Shown here piece after piece: positions 11,055 to 22,035 of a stretch of DNA of 64,000 bases. Origin of the DNA: Histomonas meleagridis 2922-C6/04-290x (lineage: Eukaryota; Protista; Parabasalia); contig JAANOX010000243.1 of NCBI GenBank assembly GCA_020184695.1, forward strand, positions 558,001 through 622,000, written 5' to 3'. Positions within the stretch are counted from its first letter, which is position 1. Every line of letters starts with the position of its first letter. The translations under genes were made by a program, and so were the position numbers. The notes beneath the pieces are model-generated. The model had not been told where the DNA came from. It worked only from the letters and a program-made list of their open reading frames with translations, and did no database searches.

Positions 11055-14000
11055 TCAATCTGTCTGATATAGTCTTAAGTCATTTAATAATTTTTGGTAA
11101 GACTCCATAAAGAAATGTAACTTCAATTGGTCGCCACCTAATGCATTTAATATATTACCAGCGAAGTTATCATCATCGATATATTTCGAGCTAATTGTAT
11201 TAATCAAAGTATTCCATAGTAACAAATCCATTTGCATTGCCTTTAGATTGGAATAAGGCTGTGCAATTAACCCAATTAAAACATTAACGAAATGTTCTTT
11301 TTGTTCATTGTCCATTATATTCATTATACCGACCAAAAGTTGATAAACAATTTCACTTAATGAAGATTGTCTTGTTAATGGAATACTTTTTAATAACAAA
11401 GGAATTGTTTCTTTAGTCGGAAACAAATCACCTATAGCTTGATAAGCTAATGCACAAATAGTTGCAACAAGATCATCCCTTAATAATGAAGGCGTATCTT
11501 GTTCTATTTGTAATCTTTCACGTAATGAATCCAATACATTTAAAGCGAAATCTTTAAATAGTAAAAAATGTTGTGGCGGAATTTTAAATGATAAATCATA
11601 TATTAATCCGACAATCATTGAAGTCTTTTGTATTGATCCATTTAATATTATGTTATTAATCATTGGTATTATCGATTGAAATGATTGACTTTGGATTAAT
11701 TCAATGTTATCTTCTAAGATTAAGAAAATGGAATTAATACTAAAGTCTTGTAATGTTGGATTATTAAATAAAGAAATTAAATAATTAAATACCTTTAAAA
11801 TCATATTAGGTTTAGGTCGTGCTCGAATTAATACTATGAATAATGATTGAAATGATTGTAATAAATTATCAATATCATAATATAAATGTAAATTAATTTC
11901 ATATATCATCGATATAATTTGTGGTAATAATGATTTAATCATAGTTTGTTTAACAACATTTAAACTAAAATGTTCTATTGAACTAGCTAAAACTTTTACA
12001 AACACTGCAAAGTTATCATAATCATTTGGATTAATTTTATCATAACATTTCTCAATAAGTTCTGTAATATGATTATCATATTTTAAAAATGGTATAATAC
12101 AATTAAAAGATAACATTGCTGTTTCAATACAATAAGGAAATATAAAATAATCAGATAACATTAATATGATATTATAACATTTTATGATAAATTCTTCATG
12201 TTTTGTAGTTACTGCTATTTTACAAAATGTTTTTAATGCTTGTGAACCTGATTCAAATGATGGTTGAATTGGTATATTTTCATTTGTATAATTTATTAAT
12301 TGATTTATTATGTTTTGATTTATGTTTTTTAATAATTCTTCAACAATATTATTAATAAATACAAATATTTTTGTTTCAAATATTTTTAATAATGTTAAAA
12401 AACATTTCATTACTTCAATTGACCCATAATAATCATTAGCATTAATACCATTTAATATAAATTGTATTATATTCGGTAAACGTTGTATTAAGATATCGCC
12501 TGTTTTTATGATTAAACTTGATAATGATTGATATATAATCGAATAAGGTGATTCTGTTGATATTGGCGACGAACAAATTTTCTCTATGAAACCATAAATT
12601 TGTTCAAAGTATACATTTGTTAATGAATTTGAATTTTGAATAATTTGTGTTAATATTAATAACCCAAAAGTTTTAAAACTTTGATTTGCACTTGAAATTA
12701 ATTCTTGCGAAAATTGAAATGTTAATAAAAATATATCATCAGTATTATTAATTAATAATAAAATGTTATAAAACAAATTTAAATCATTTTCATCAAAAGT
12801 TTTGTTTTGAATTATTTGGAATATTTGCATTGGTTCTTGATTAAATAATGCTGAAAAAAATTGTATAATTTCAATAAAACATAAAATCGAAACTTGATGA
12901 ATCAAAAATGAATTCGAACGAAATCCATTTAAAAACAAATTAAAGAGTTGACAAGTATATGGAATGAAGATTACATTTGAAGTAGAAACTCCTGCTTGAA
13001 CTAATAGAAACAAAAACGAATTAATTCGTTGATCATTTGATTTGGTATATTCTTCAATTAAACCAAATATCGTTTGTATTAATATATTTGGTTCAACTTG
13101 TACAAATGATAACTTTAATAAAGCAACAATTTCATCGAAATGATTAAATTGATCTTCAATTTCACCTTCAAATAAATGTAAATAAATCATTTGCTCTAAA
13201 AGGATAACTTGTTGCATATTAGAAAAAAATTGTTTTGCATCTTCATGTACAAATATCGATGATATTACAAGAAATTGATGAAGTTGTAATATGTAACAAC
13301 GAGAATAATTCTGCGATAAAAGTGCTTGAATTATAAATGGAATCGTCTCTTTAACAGGAAATAAATATCCTTTTTGATCTAAGTAACTTAATACTGTGCA
13401 AAATATCGTTGACATTCGTTGATAATCATTCGATAGAATTGATTGAACAAATAAATTAAAAAATGAATGAGAGATTTGTGTAATAAGCTCTGTGTTATTT
13501 TGTAATAATGGTTCAATATGTAATAGAAAATGTATGGATTCAATTTCTTCTTCAATATCTGGAGATTGTAATCCTTGCATTACAAAAATTATAAATGATT
13601 TCATGTTGTTTTGAACAAGCTCATTAGGAATGGTATTGTACAAAATGTTTAAAATGGATAATCGTAAAGAATTATTGGTTAAAGAAAACGCATAATTAAT
13701 TAGTTCAGCCCATAAAATATTCGTTTTCTTTAAAAGCTCTTCAACAAGGGCTAAAGTGATTTTTATTAAAGTGGGATCGGTCTCTCGTGATAAAAAATCT
13801 AAAATTCGTATCTGGCATTGCTGTATAAAATTTGGGCTTGGGATTTCTTTTTGCGAACGCAAGCATATCATTATTGTGACCAATGTATACTTTTGTAATG
13901 TTTTATCATTTTCATTTAAAATTAAAAATAATGATGGAATTGCTGCCTCATTAAAAACAGCTGTTTGAAGTTCCCTATCTGCATTCTGCGTGGTGTCAGG

Positions 14001-14060
14001 TGATCGTAGCCTTTGGAAAAGATTAATGAAATAGCTTGGAGAATATTCACATCCATTCAT
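11055..14060 (-). CDS. HEAT-repeat karyopherin/importin-beta-like protein (importin-4/5-like)
   Basis: About 1000-aa all-helical Leu/Ile-rich ORF with an IBN_N-like start (LRSPDTTQNADREL). The ORF-track start is TTG; the first ATG is at 14060. Confidence 0.65.
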   Translation of the reverse strand: MNGCEYSPSYFINLFQRLRSPDTTQNADRELQTAVFNEAAIPSLFLILNENDKTLQKYTLVTIMICLRSQKEIPSPNFIQQCQIRILDFLSRETDPTLIKITLALVEELLKKTNILWAELINYAFSLTNNSLRLSILNILYNTIPNELVQNNMKSFIIFVMQGLQSPDIEEEIESIHFLLHIEPLLQNNTELITQISHSFFNLFVQSILSNDYQRMSTIFCTVLSYLDQKGYLFPVKETIPFIIQALLSQNYSRCYILQLHQFLVISSIFVHEDAKQFFSNMQQVILLEQMIYLHLFEGEIEDQFNHFDEIVALLKLSFVQVEPNILIQTIFGLIEEYTKSNDQRINSFLFLLVQAGVSTSNVIFIPYTCQLFNLFLNGFRSNSFLIHQVSILCFIEIIQFFSALFNQEPMQIFQIIQNKTFDENDLNLFYNILLLINNTDDIFLLTFQFSQELISSANQSFKTFGLLILTQIIQNSNSLTNVYFEQIYGFIEKICSSPISTESPYSIIYQSLSSLIIKTGDILIQRLPNIIQFILNGINANDYYGSIEVMKCFLTLLKIFETKIFVFINNIVEELLKNINQNIINQLINYTNENIPIQPSFESGSQALKTFCKIAVTTKHEEFIIKCYNIILMLSDYFIFPYCIETAMLSFNCIIPFLKYDNHITELIEKCYDKINPNDYDNFAVFVKVLASSIEHFSLNVVKQTMIKSLLPQIISMIYEINLHLYYDIDNLLQSFQSLFIVLIRARPKPNMILKVFNYLISLFNNPTLQDFSINSIFLILEDNIELIQSQSFQSIIPMINNIILNGSIQKTSMIVGLIYDLSFKIPPQHFLLFKDFALNVLDSLRERLQIEQDTPSLLRDDLVATICALAYQAIGDLFPTKETIPLLLKSIPLTRQSSLSEIVYQLLVGIMNIMDNEQKEHFVNVLIGLIAQPYSNLKAMQMDLLLWNTLINTISSKYIDDDNFAGNILNALGGDQLKLHFFMESYQKLLNDLRLYQTD

Positions 14061-14297
14061 TTTTGAAACCACAAAAAAAACCCAACAATTTTCAATTGCC
14101 AGCAAAGACTTTTGTATACTTTATCTAACACAAATTAATGGGTTAAACGCAGTTAAATAAAAGTTACTATTTTTGGAACGTATCTTCCAAACTTCACTAT
14201 TTAACTTGTTAAACTCATATTTATGCTAGCACAAAAAATATAATACACATGTTAGCATTGTGATTTAATTTTTATCAAAATTTTATGTTTGATAATG

Positions 14298-14858
14298 TTA
14301 TTGAATAAGATCTTGTTCCGTCATCTGTTCCTTTGAAGGATCATCAAAATCAGACATATTTTGAGGTTGAATATGTTCTTCATAAAAACTTAGTAATTGC
14401 TCACAATAATGTTTTCTCATTGTTCCTGCAGAAATATATCCAATTTTCCCAGTGTCTTTATACTTAATTTCAAAGGAAGATATTTTCCCATTCTTTGGTA
14501 CTATACCAAGTATTTCTTGTATTTCCCTATGAGGTTTCTTTATTAATTTTTCTTTTTTGATATTTTCAAAATATTCTTCAATTAAATCTATGCAATCTAA
14601 TGAAGCTCGAGCTACCCAATGTCCTTTTTCACTTTTTTCATGAGAATATATGACAAGTAATTGTTCTTCTCCATGCTTTCTTCTGTTTTTCTTTATCTTT
14701 GATATTGCCAATTTCTTTTCGCTTAGAGAATTTTTATTTTTTGTATTGTCATAAGGATCATTTAATACTGTTTGGATGTCTTGCATTTTTTGTATGTTTT
14801 TCGAAATATTATTAAATTCATTAGGTACTGGAGGATCAGAAAAGCATTGTGGAATCAT
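14298..14858 (-). CDS. HP1-like protein: degenerate chromodomain plus chromo-shadow domain
   Basis: ISKIKKNRRKHGEEQLLVIY...HWVARASLDCIDLIEEYF resembles a chromodomain (W-x5-LDC-x-LI-x-EF). IQEILG...FEIKYKD...ISAGTMRKHYCEQLLSFYEEHI resembles a chromo-shadow domain (vIsFYEerl). Confidence 0.55.
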   Translation of the reverse strand: MIPQCFSDPPVPNEFNNISKNIQKMQDIQTVLNDPYDNTKNKNSLSEKKLAISKIKKNRRKHGEEQLLVIYSHEKSEKGHWVARASLDCIDLIEEYFENIKKEKLIKKPHREIQEILGIVPKNGKISSFEIKYKDTGKIGYISAGTMRKHYCEQLLSFYEEHIQPQNMSDFDDPSKEQMTEQDLIQ

Positions 14859-15243
14859 TTCCTAAATGGAAAAAAAGTTTTGTTCGTGTATTTTATGAAT
14901 TTTTATGACAGCCAATTTATTTTTTGAAACAATATACTCAAACATTTTAATATTATATTAAATAAATAATTTTTTATAAACTCTTTTAATAATATCCATT
15001 TTTCGAATCAAATTTTTTATTTAAATTAAACAAAGCAAATATTCATTATTTGAAAGTATGCAAACCAATCTAAAAATTTTAAATCACATTATTTCAAGTA
15101 AGTAAGTAATGAATGTTTTAAATTGATTATTTAATAAAAATTTAGAGCTTTTCCAACACTTTATGAAAAGAATTATAAAATTATAATCACCATATCATTT
15201 TAAAGATAAATTTTTTAAATCAAAATCAAACAAAGAATTCTAT

Positions 15244-16611
15244 TTATTTATTTAACAATTCGATTTTTTGATCATTTAACATGTCCAATTCATATTCATC
15301 AATATATTCTTTAAGGAATTCCAAATATTCCTCGTCGCCTCTCACCTCAGCAATTCGATAAAACTTAAGAATCAGCTCATACACCACATTTTTAAAATCC
15401 TCATTTTCACATTCCTTAAACGAAATCACAAATTCGAAGAAATCCATATTATAATGCACGTCAAACCCGAAGTCAGAAGACGCGTTTTTAAAAGCGTTAT
15501 TAATTATTTTTAAAACAAGAATTTTTATCTCAAATATACTATTTTCCAATAGTTCTGTGAATATTTTTGGTAATTCACTTTCATATATTATTTGTGATAC
15601 AGTATAACTTTGCATTACCATTAAGTTTAAACATTCTAAAGCAGAAATTTGTAATTTTGTACTTTGCTTATAAACAGTTAATATTTCCTCAAAAAGTCCA
15701 AACGGAAATATTTTTATTATAGGCATTAAAATCTTTTCTGGTACATCTAAAAAAATGGTTTCGATAAGTGTAAAAGCAATTTTGAAATTTTGTGGGGATA
15801 ACCGCCCGAAGGATTTGACTACTTTAGAAAAAAATGGCGAGCCGATAAGAAAAGTGGCATCACGAAATGCTAATTTTTGATATGAATAAAGTGCATTACG
15901 TTGGATAATAGTGGAACATTCTATCTTGGTGAGAGAAAGTTCAAAATAGAAATTAGAATAAGGAATAAGTTGAAGCATGAATTTATCTGAAACTGAAATT
16001 AATTCAAGGGCAATTTCAGAACAAAGTGCAATGAATTCTGAATCATTCTGAATTTTTATTATGTTACAAAAATTAGATAAGAACGTAACATTATCACGAA
16101 AATATTCATAACTTATTGGATAATGTAATATTATCTTAAAAATCTGTAAAACAAAACGGAGAATAACACCATGCTCTGCAGAGTGTACTTTTGGCAACAA
16201 AGGAGGTATGCCACCTGATTGAATGAAACTAATTCTTGCATCATCGCAACAATCAAGCACAAATAATAGAATTGTTAGCAAAGGTATTAAAATATCAACT
16301 GAAGATATATTATGAAAGCAAGAAATTAGGTCGAACAGAAATGATGATTGAGCAATGATTTCTAAATTAGAAATGGAAAATTGATAATCAATCGTTCGCT
16401 GTGAAAAATCATTAGAAACTTGGAATATTCCGCTAAGATTAAGTTCAGTAACATTTTGGTGGAAAAATGAAAGAAATTCTACAATATAATCATCTTCAAA
16501 ATATTTTGCTTCAGATTCGGTGGCTACATCTTCTTCTTCGACATCGCCTTGTAAACGAGATTTGAATTTTCTCTTTTTAAAAGTATTATTGAATTTGTAG
16601 CCAATGTTCAT
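15244..16611 (-). CDS. Armadillo-repeat protein, importin-alpha-like
   Basis: ARM-like segments (RISFIQSGGIPPLL; QISALECLNLMV; IIYESELPKIFTELL) and a basic N-terminus (FKKRKFKSR). The ORF-track start is GTG; the first in-frame ATG is at 16611. Confidence 0.6.
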   Translation of the reverse strand: MNIGYKFNNTFKKRKFKSRLQGDVEEEDVATESEAKYFEDDYIVEFLSFFHQNVTELNLSGIFQVSNDFSQRTIDYQFSISNLEIIAQSSFLFDLISCFHNISSVDILIPLLTILLFVLDCCDDARISFIQSGGIPPLLPKVHSAEHGVILRFVLQIFKIILHYPISYEYFRDNVTFLSNFCNIIKIQNDSEFIALCSEIALELISVSDKFMLQLIPYSNFYFELSLTKIECSTIIQRNALYSYQKLAFRDATFLIGSPFFSKVVKSFGRLSPQNFKIAFTLIETIFLDVPEKILMPIIKIFPFGLFEEILTVYKQSTKLQISALECLNLMVMQSYTVSQIIYESELPKIFTELLENSIFEIKILVLKIINNAFKNASSDFGFDVHYNMDFFEFVISFKECENEDFKNVVYELILKFYRIAEVRGDEEYLEFLKEYIDEYELDMLNDQKIELLNK

Positions 16612-17067
16612 TTCTCCGCCTTTTTTTCTGAATTGCCGATACACATTTTGAGTGTTATTTGATCGTATTATAGCTCAAAGAGCTTCAAGCTTAAAAAATG
16701 TAGATTCTGCTCTAAATAATTTATAAATATGTCACATTATCATCGCCTAACATGTCCTTTTATGCTAGTAATATAAAGTAACTTGCAAAAAAATCATAAA
16801 AATTTTCATTCTTGATTGTCGAAATCATAACATGATGAAATTTATCACAACAACAAGAAATAAGAACCAAAAGGAGAGGTCATGTTCGGATTATTATAAT
16901 ATGATTATATATTCATAAATAGCCATATTTTTTGTGCTCAATACATCTTTTGAGGTTTGAATGTAACCGGATTTCTATGAAAAATCAGGCCAACACTTTT
17001 ACAACATGTAAACAAGCTTTTTGAATCGAAACCTCCATCCCATACAACGGTTTATGTCAAAAATCAA

Positions 17068-18879
17068 ATGTTCTCTCTGAACTTAACCCTTCTAAATCTA
17101 GCTTTATCAAATCAATATGAAGGGTCTCCTCTGGTTTACATGGCAAAGACTATTAAAAGAAATCAATTTATTGCAACAAACATTCATTTGAGTCGATTTT
17201 TTACTCCTTTCATTCATGCTCAATCATTAAAATTTGGCGAAATTACGAATTCAAAGTTTGAACACTCAATCCTCGGTGGGCAAACACTTATTTCTTTACA
17301 AAGTGATGTCCCTGGTAGTGTTACAAATATATCAAATACTTATTTTTTGGATCCTGATAGCCAATGTATTTATTCAAACACTTCAACAAGTGTCTTTGAA
17401 AATCTTCAGTTTTTAATGATTACAGTTAAATCAAGAGGTTTTTGTATTCAAACGCAACCTAATTGTACTGAAGTTGGATTTGTTGGAGAAACCAACATGA
17501 GCAATATTTTTGTACAAGATGCTCGGATATCTGATATATCTTCACCGTCTAGTAATTGTTATGGAATTTTCTTCGATATTACAACAACATCAATAAGTAC
17601 CAATGATTGGTCAAAAGTCAAGATGCCAGTAAGAATCAATGGTCTTGTAGTGAATAATGCACAACAAAATTTCAATTCATTTAGTGTGTACACTCTTGTT
17701 GAAACTGACTTTCGACAAGCGTTTATCACTGATGTAAACTTTACCAGCTGTAACGACGCACGTGATCAAGAACGATTGAATGCATTAGGTTTTCATTTTA
17801 CATCTATTTCACAACATGTAAATTATCTACAAAATGTCATCTTCAGTTCAATGAAATATTACTTTAGTGCACCAATTATGTATGACAAAGCAGGTGGCTT
17901 TGACGATAGCGGCCTTGTTCTCCATAACATTTTATTTGACAATATGATTCACCAAAATTATTATGAATTTGAAACATTCATACGTCGTGCAAGTTATATC
18001 AGTGGCTGTTCGCCAGGTGTGCGTGGTTATTCTGATGAAACTAATCTTAAGATTAACATTTCAAATTGTTATTTTTATGGCGATGTTAATATATCACTAT
18101 TCTCAATTTATGTGTTTATTGTGATAACTAATCAAGTTCAATATTCTTCATACGAATTAAACTTTAGTGAATGCGTTTTCCAACATAGTTTCGATGAAAT
18201 TATTCTCCGCAATGATACAATAATTGTTGATGAAGATAACAAAACACATCCATATAACTTATATACTCGAGTTCATTATAATAATCTTACCAACACATCC
18301 CAAGAATTCCCATCATTTCCATTAGTGCTTCCAACTGTAAACATATCGTATTCGACATACTCATTTTCAAGTTCGGAGCCATTCACCGCGAGTAACTCAC
18401 TCATGAGCCAATTCACCGAGTTTGCGATTGTTCCGTCTTCCGGGTTTGTTTTCACGTCAGCTGTTTTAGGTGTTATCATTGGCGTTGTTTCCCTCACTGT
18501 CTTCTTGTTCATTCTGTACATGCGCCGTGACAGCGCCGTCAAGTACTTCGTCATCGGCAAGTACAATGACCGCGACGACCGCTTCGACTCGGAGATAGTT
18601 CCCGGCGAAGATTCGCTCAGCTATTCGCCCGGCTCGTACTCATACTCGTACTCTTATAGCTATAAATCGGAGAAGAAGGGCAAGAAAGCAGCGGCGCCGA
18701 AGAAGGACAACAAGAAAGAAGAAAAGAAGGCGCCGCCGCCGCCGAAGAAGGAGGAAAAGAAGGACAAGAAGCCGCCGCCAAAGAAGGACAACAAGAAGCC
18801 GCCGAAGAAGGACAATAAGAAGGCCAAGAAAAAGGACTCGTTCTCATATTACTCCGATAGTTACTCGTACTCTTATTAA
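17068..18879 (+). CDS. Single-pass surface/membrane protein with beta-rich ectodomain and Lys/Pro-rich, YSYSY-containing cytoplasmic tail
   Basis: Hydrophobic N-terminus, one TM helix (AVLGVIIGVVSLTVFLFILY), then YSYSYSYSY, PPKKDNKK repeats and a terminal YSYSY. Confidence 0.75.
   Translation: MFSLNLTLLNLALSNQYEGSPLVYMAKTIKRNQFIATNIHLSRFFTPFIHAQSLKFGEITNSKFEHSILGGQTLISLQSDVPGSVTNISNTYFLDPDSQCIYSNTSTSVFENLQFLMITVKSRGFCIQTQPNCTEVGFVGETNMSNIFVQDARISDISSPSSNCYGIFFDITTTSISTNDWSKVKMPVRINGLVVNNAQQNFNSFSVYTLVETDFRQAFITDVNFTSCNDARDQERLNALGFHFTSISQHVNYLQNVIFSSMKYYFSAPIMYDKAGGFDDSGLVLHNILFDNMIHQNYYEFETFIRRASYISGCSPGVRGYSDETNLKINISNCYFYGDVNISLFSIYVFIVITNQVQYSSYELNFSECVFQHSFDEIILRNDTIIVDEDNKTHPYNLYTRVHYNNLTNTSQEFPSFPLVLPTVNISYSTYSFSSSEPFTASNSLMSQFTEFAIVPSSGFVFTSAVLGVIIGVVSLTVFLFILYMRRDSAVKYFVIGKYNDRDDRFDSEIVPGEDSLSYSPGSYSYSYSYSYKSEKKGKKAAAPKKDNKKEEKKAPPPPKKEEKKDKKPPPKKDNKKPPKKDNKKAKKKDSFSYYSDSYSYSY
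18670..18835 (+). repeat. Imperfect coding tandem repeat (CCG)n-AAGAAGGACAACAAGAAG encoding PPKKDNKK
   Basis: Several copies of ccgaagaaggacaacaagaa or close variants. Confidence 0.8.
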
Positions 18880-19244
18880 GACGGCGAAAATGTTTAATCG
18901 ATTGTTTTCATCAATTTTTCTTCTGCGTTAAGAAATGAATGAAAACAAAAAAGTTTACTAAACTATTTTGTGATAATGTTTGTGCAACAGCAGCAATATG
19001 ATAAACGTTTTGCGTAATTCGGCAATTTGTTCACTTTGTTTCTGTTTTGCGAATGTTAAAAATTACATTGATTGAGTGGGGAATGCTGCTGAACTTGACG
19101 ACGATTGTGCACATGATAGGAATACGTTTCGAGAGGATGAAAAATCGTTGAACAATTTTGAGAAAGTTAAAATGTGCCAATTGCAATCAAAACCTTTAAA
19201 TAATGGGTCGAATCCCCATTTGAATGTAACGGCTCACAAAGAAG

Positions 19245-20177
19245 ATGGACAACTTCCAGCCTTACATTGAAACAGCAAAGCAATTTGTTGCTAAAATTCC
19301 AACGACTTCACACGGTTGGATAGGTGTAATGCATACAATTCCAAAACTTCCTTACGTTTTTTATTTAGAAAGATTGAAAACATGTTTTTTCATTCGTGAA
19401 TCTTTCCCAATTAAAAGACCAATTTATTCTTTATTATTGTATGTAATCATTGAAATGATGCATATTTGTATTTTTTCAGCAATTCGTCAAGTTCAACAAA
19501 ACTTTATCGAAAATCTTAGCATCTTCCCTGTTTTATTATTATCGTGGGTATTGCTTAATCTCACACCATTCGACCTTGTGTACAAAATTATGAGGAAATT
19601 ATCATTCTTTATTTGCATCTCAAATGGATTTATTGATGCCTACTTACTCGCAAATGCAATTGACGTAGCACAAAAACACTTCACTGATTTAACAGTCGTA
19701 ATAGTCATCAGCGTTTTCTTCATCACAGCCAAACATATCTTGGTTGCAATTATTTCTGATTTAACAAACAAAGGATCCATTCTAATTGGTCCAAAGCTTA
19801 CAAGAAACGTCATTGGTGCTTTAATATACTGTGGTTTGACTGAATATTCCACATCAATTCCATTTAATTTCGATAAAGACCTTGTCAGACTTTACATGGT
19901 CATTGGATTTATGGTATTTGAGCTCCTCGGATTCATTGTTAAGGATGAAGAATGGAAAATAATTGGAAAATTCTTCGCAATCTTCATTCGGAACCAGGGA
20001 AACAATGAAAAAGTCCAACCACAAGAAGAAGAAGAGCAAAAAGAACCCGAAAACGACCAAAAAGAAGAGGTCAAAAAAGATGAAAAACAACATGAAGAAA
20101 GAGAAGAACCTCAAAACCCATACGAATTTCAGAAACATAATAACTTAAAGAGGAAAAACTTACAGAAGAGGAAGTAA
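19245..20177 (+). CDS. Polytopic membrane protein, TRIC/TMEM38-like cation channel candidate
   Basis: Several TM helices; LLLSWVLLNLTPFDLVYK resembles the TRIC motif (WYLIF..PxDLxYK); charged C-terminal tail. Confidence 0.45.
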   Translation: MDNFQPYIETAKQFVAKIPTTSHGWIGVMHTIPKLPYVFYLERLKTCFFIRESFPIKRPIYSLLLYVIIEMMHICIFSAIRQVQQNFIENLSIFPVLLLSWVLLNLTPFDLVYKIMRKLSFFICISNGFIDAYLLANAIDVAQKHFTDLTVVIVISVFFITAKHILVAIISDLTNKGSILIGPKLTRNVIGALIYCGLTEYSTSIPFNFDKDLVRLYMVIGFMVFELLGFIVKDEEWKIIGKFFAIFIRNQGNNEKVQPQEEEEQKEPENDQKEEVKKDEKQHEEREEPQNPYEFQKHNNLKRKNLQKRK

Positions 20178-20395
20178 ACACATTTAACACATTAAAATTT
20201 TGTTATTTGATAATGTGAAATCGCGATTCTAAAATAAATTTTTTACTGTTTTGCAAATGCAATCAAAATGAAGTTGATTCTTTATTTGTAACTCTCATAT
20301 TATGCTTAAGTAACAATTTAATGCGTTTAAGAAATTTCAAAATTTGAAAATTTTATAAACGGTCTCAGATTCGTACGTTAATAACGGTTTATTAG

Positions 20396-21187
20396 ATGAT
20401 TGCTGAGGTTTCGCAAAAAACAGATGAAATGCCTTTAGCACCAACAAGAGTACGCCAGAAAATCAATAGGTGCATTAAGAACGTGAAGTGGTTGAAGGAA
20501 GAAGATGAACTACTGACAAAACTTATGACAAGCAATGAACATCACAATTATTCCAAGCTAGCTGAATATTTTCCAGGTAAAACTGGACAACAAGTTGCAG
20601 AACGTTGGGATAAAGTTTTGAACCCAAAACTTCTTAAGGGTAGTTGGACTCGTCAAGAAGATGAAATCATAATTCAATATGTAAAAGAGAATGGGGTTAA
20701 AAATTGGAGAAATTTATGCACTCTGTTACCAGGTCGTATTGGTAAGCAGTGTAGAGAAAGATGGAGGAATCATCTTGATCCTAAAATAAATCATTCTGCT
20801 TGGACAGAAGAAGAAGATAACAGATTAATCGAACTGCATAAGCAATATGGAAACCATTGGGTTCAAATATCGAATTTAATGGTGAATCGAAGTGATAATG
20901 CAATCAAAAATCGTTGGAATTCAACACTTAAGAAACGCTCTAATCTTGACATAGAACTGATTAAGCCACCATTGCTTGAAGAAGAAAGCCTTGTAAAAGA
21001 TGATGAAAGTCCATTATCAACACCAAAATTTGTGAACTTGATTTCTAGTCCATTTTTGATTGGAAACCAAAGTCCAAGTTCTCTTCTTCAATATCAGAAC
21101 CTTAGACGTCAGAGTCCAGAAGTATCAAAGTCTCTTTCTCTCGAGGAAAACAGGAATGCGTTCCGAAGTCTGATCGGAAACTGTTGA
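20396..21187 (+). CDS. R1R2R3-type Myb transcription factor
   Basis: Three Myb repeats (WLKEED...AERW; WTRQED...GRIGKQCRERWRNHL; WTEEED...RSDNAIKNRWNS). Confidence 0.95.
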   Translation: MIAEVSQKTDEMPLAPTRVRQKINRCIKNVKWLKEEDELLTKLMTSNEHHNYSKLAEYFPGKTGQQVAERWDKVLNPKLLKGSWTRQEDEIIIQYVKENGVKNWRNLCTLLPGRIGKQCRERWRNHLDPKINHSAWTEEEDNRLIELHKQYGNHWVQISNLMVNRSDNAIKNRWNSTLKKRSNLDIELIKPPLLEEESLVKDDESPLSTPKFVNLISSPFLIGNQSPSSLLQYQNLRRQSPEVSKSLSLEENRNAFRSLIGNC

Positions 21188-21265
21188 TGAAAAAAATCTA
21201 AACGTACGAAAAGTATATAAATTTTAATATCAAATTAACCGTTTTCGATTTGAGCAACCTCAAAA

Positions 21266-21871
21266 TCATTTACAACATTTTTTCTTCTCTTGAACAAGAG
21301 GTACAAGTGACGGATCTTTAATTTTTTTAGCCAACCCTTTGGTTTTAATTGTAGATATGATAAACTGGAATAAGTTATCAATTCCAGTTCCGGTTTTGGC
21401 ACTTGTTTCGATATAAACGAATTGAAACAAGTCTTTCGCATTTTGTGCAAATTGATCAACATCATCTTTGGATACCATTCTATTTTCCTCAAGATCAATT
21501 TTATTTCCACATAAAACATATATAATGTTATCTTCTTGTGTGGTTTTCTTGATGTCACCAACCCAAAACCTAACTTGATCAAACGTTTGCTGGTTTGTTA
21601 TATCAAAAACAATCACAGCTATTGCTGCATTTCTGTAATACATTGGTATTAAAGTTCTGTATTGTTCTTGTCCTGCTGTATCCCAAATGCTAAGTTGAAA
21701 TTTACCATCTTCGTCATCAATTGTTTTTGTGTAAAATGCACCTCCTATTGTATAGTCTGTAGCTGTAAACACACCTTCAATATAATTTTTAACAATACAC
21801 GTTTTCCCTACAGCTGCTTCACCTACAAAAATAATCTTAACATTTGGTAAAGTCTCTTGGATTTGGAGCAT
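21266..21871 (-). CDS. Rab-family small GTPase (Rab5-like)
   Basis: GEAAVGKT, TIGGAF, WDTAGQE, YYRNA, GNKID, ETSAK motifs; C-terminal CCK prenylation signal. Confidence 0.95.
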   Translation of the reverse strand: MLQIQETLPNVKIIFVGEAAVGKTCIVKNYIEGVFTATDYTIGGAFYTKTIDDEDGKFQLSIWDTAGQEQYRTLIPMYYRNAAIAVIVFDITNQQTFDQVRFWVGDIKKTTQEDNIIYVLCGNKIDLEENRMVSKDDVDQFAQNAKDLFQFVYIETSAKTGTGIDNLFQFIISTIKTKGLAKKIKDPSLVPLVQEKKKCCK

Positions 21872-22035
21872 CCAGAAAAATGTGAAAAAACCGTTAATTC
21901 AGCGAAACATTTTAACGTATTTTGAAAAAGTTGGCATGCACTTTTTAGAATTTCAATGATTAACATCTGAGCAGCTTTTTATTGTTACGTTTTATCAGTC
22001 TAAATAAACGTTTTCATGTTTTAACGTGTTTTGAG

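Noticed and set aside
16608-16646. 12-codon uORF overlapping the ARM gene start (ATGA)
   Set aside because: Cannot be distinguished from chance without TSS data.
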